Of a DNA stretch of 64,000 nucleotides, positions 62,315 through 64,000 are shown one piece after another. Position numbers and translations under genes: made by a program. A model generated the notes under the pieces. The model was given only the letters and a program-made list of their open reading frames with translations, was not told the DNA's origin and ran no database searches. The first letter of the stretch is position 1, and each line of letters starts with the position of its first letter. Source of the stretch: Candidatus Marinacidobacterales bacterium (GTDB lineage: Bacteria; Acidobacteriota; Vicinamibacteria; Marinacidobacterales; SMYC01); NCBI GenBank assembly GCA_965224085.1, contig CBDCYI010000005.1, forward strand, positions 896,001 through 960,000, written 5' to 3'.

Positions 62315-62361
62315 CGTCAAGATATTGTGTAGTCGGTAGCGAGACTAACTAGATATTGGGG
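62315..62361 (-). promoter_or_regulatory. Tandem NrdR-box-like sites overlapping the -35 of a promoter
   Basis: rc ACACAATATCTTGACG (62315-62330) and rc CCCCAATATCTAGTTA (62346-62361), 31 bp apart; TTGACG-17-TATTTT. Confidence 0.6.
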
Positions 62362-62439
62362 CTGATACGGGTGGGCGCTTATTGTCCGGGCCGGCAATGA
62401 GCTTTCTACATATTCTCTCAATTCACGCGGCTTCGGCGT

Positions 62440-62910
62440 TTACTCGCTGAGCTTGGCGTCGAGGGCCGCGTTTGTCAGGCCTAGAATCTCGGCGGCCGCG
62501 GGACGGTCGCCTCCGCATTGCTCGACGACCCGATCGATATAGTCGGTCTCCACCTCTTTGAGGGTCATAAAGTCGCCGCGAGCCATCATCTCGGGCCTCG
62601 GAGGCCCTCGTTTCAGGCCGAGATGGGTCCACACGTCGGTACCGACCCGCGCTTCGAAGATGTCGGAGAAAGACTGCGCGCTCCCAATGGTCTCGTCCTC
62701 GCTCACACGCTCTACCCGGTGGATCGGGAGAAACGTCGTGGTGAGACCCATTTCGCCCTCGCCGCGCGCGACGGAGCGGGACCAATCCTCGAAGGAGTTC
62801 AAGTCGATCCCGCGGAGGGTAATGCCGCTCGACTGGTTCGAAAGCAGGAGACCCCAGAGCTTCTCGCGCGGGTTTTGAAGACTGACAAGAACGGCGGAGA
62901 GCTTTTTCAT
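62440..62910 (-). CDS. Hypothetical protein: Sm/Hfq-like N-terminus plus Fis-type HTH
   Basis: C-terminal TLKEVETDYIDRVVEQCGGDRPAAAEILGL; 4-nt overlap with the upstream aminotransferase gene. Confidence 0.7.
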   Translation of the reverse strand: MKKLSAVLVSLQNPREKLWGLLLSNQSSGITLRGIDLNSFEDWSRSVARGEGEMGLTTTFLPIHRVERVSEDETIGSAQSFSDIFEARVGTDVWTHLGLKRGPPRPEMMARGDFMTLKEVETDYIDRVVEQCGGDRPAAAEILGLTNAALDAKLSE

Positions 62911-64000
62911 GAAGCGGAACGGGACGAAAAGAAGCGCTGCATACGCACGATGCCTTCCGCGATACGCTCGCGCGAGCAGGCGAAGCTCGTGCGCAGGTGG
63001 CCGTCATGCCCGAAAGCAAGCCCGGGGACGACGGCAACACGCTCCTCGCTCAAGAGCTCGCCGGCAAAGTCGGTCGACGTCTCGCCGCCGCGGAGATAGG
63101 CCGCGACGTTCGGGAACAGATAAAAGCCTCCCCCCGGCATCGCGACGCGGACGTCGGGGATCGCGAGCAAACCGTCGCGAAGCCTCTTCGCGCGCCACGC
63201 GTATTCGGTAATCATCTCGGCGAGCGGCCCCTGATCCGAAGTGAGCGCTGTGAGCGCGGCTTTCTGGGAGATGGAGCTCGCGTTCGACGTCATGTGACTC
63301 TGGAGCGACGCGCATGCTTTGATGACGAACTCGGGGCCCATGGCCCAGCCGATCCGCCAGCCCGTCATTGCATAGGCTTTCGACGCCGTGCCTGCGATGA
63401 GAAACCGATCGCCGAGCTTCTTCTGAACCGCTTGAAATGCAGCAGAGGGCGCGGGCTGGAACATGAGTCGCGCATAGGTGTCGTCCCAAAGGAAGAAGAT
63501 GTCGCGATCGGCAACGAGATCGCCGAGCGCTCGAACTTCGTCGTCCCCAATGACCGCGCCCGTCGGGTTCGCCGGAAAATTCACCAACAAAATGCGGGTG
63601 CGATCCGTGATCGCGGGTGCCATGACTTCGGCCGTCATGCGAAAGCCGTCCTCTTCCGAGGTCGGCACGAGGACAGGCTTCCCTCCGGCCAGGCGGACTT
63701 GCTCCGCAAAAGTCATCCAGTACGGCGTCGGGATCACGACCTCGTCGCCCGCATCCACGAGCGCGAGCATGAGGTCGAGCAGAGCGTGTTTGCCGCCGCT
63801 AGTAATTATGACGTTCGCCCTACCGAACGCCAGTCCGTAATCCTCATGATAGCGATCGGCCACCGCCTGGCGAAGCTCCGGCATGCCTGGATTCGCGGTA
63901 TAGCGGGTGAAGTCGTCTACTATCGCGTCCTCACCAGCTTTCTTGATGTGCGCAGGCGTCGGGAAATCCGGCTGACCCGCCGAGAAATCGACGACGTCTT
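62907..64000 (-). CDS. Class I/II PLP aminotransferase (aspartate aminotransferase-like), 5' partial
   Basis: FSAGQPDFPTP at the window edge, NFPANPTG, SKAYAMTGWRIG. Confidence 0.92.
   Translation of the reverse strand, partial: DVVDFSAGQPDFPTPAHIKKAGEDAIVDDFTRYTANPGMPELRQAVADRYHEDYGLAFGRANVIITSGGKHALLDLMLALVDAGDEVVIPTPYWMTFAEQVRLAGGKPVLVPTSEEDGFRMTAEVMAPAITDRTRILLVNFPANPTGAVIGDDEVRALGDLVADRDIFFLWDDTYARLMFQPAPSAAFQAVQKKLGDRFLIAGTASKAYAMTGWRIGWAMGPEFVIKACASLQSHMTSNASSISQKAALTALTSDQGPLAEMITEYAWRAKRLRDGLLAIPDVRVAMPGGGFYLFPNVAAYLRGGETSTDFAGELLSEERVAVVPGLAFGHDGHLRTSFACSRERIAEGIVRMQRFFSSRSAS

Overview
GC-rich bacterial chromosomal window; gene content suggests Acidobacteriota, which is an inference. 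It contains: a MacB-type ABC and His/Cys-rich metal-protein neighbourhood around a Tat-exported molybdenum hydroxylase with a cytochrome b anchor (0-15 kb); a two-gene methionine-pathway operon (15.5-17.7 kb); a ~30 kb segment (19363-49475) inverted between two IS6 copies that split an AsmA-family gene at an 8-bp target duplication, and which holds a pseudogene-rich stretch, vapBC, arsR/arsI, IS1634 in an MFS gene, a RibD/Zn-dehydrogenase/PTPS cluster, htpG and ppk1; a scrambled IS110 nested in the IS6 end; and an icd-mdh-sucCD-ndk-dcd-dut run plus a FadL-type channel gene preceded by tandem NrdR-like boxes. The best novelty candidate is a Met-codon leader peptide with a full set of mutually exclusive protector, antiterminator, terminator and anti-SD helices (15454-15700), i.e. 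a putative ribosome-mediated methionine attenuator instead of a SAM riboswitch. No rRNA, tRNA or CRISPR array was recognised. All calls come from reading the sequence; no searches or folding were run.
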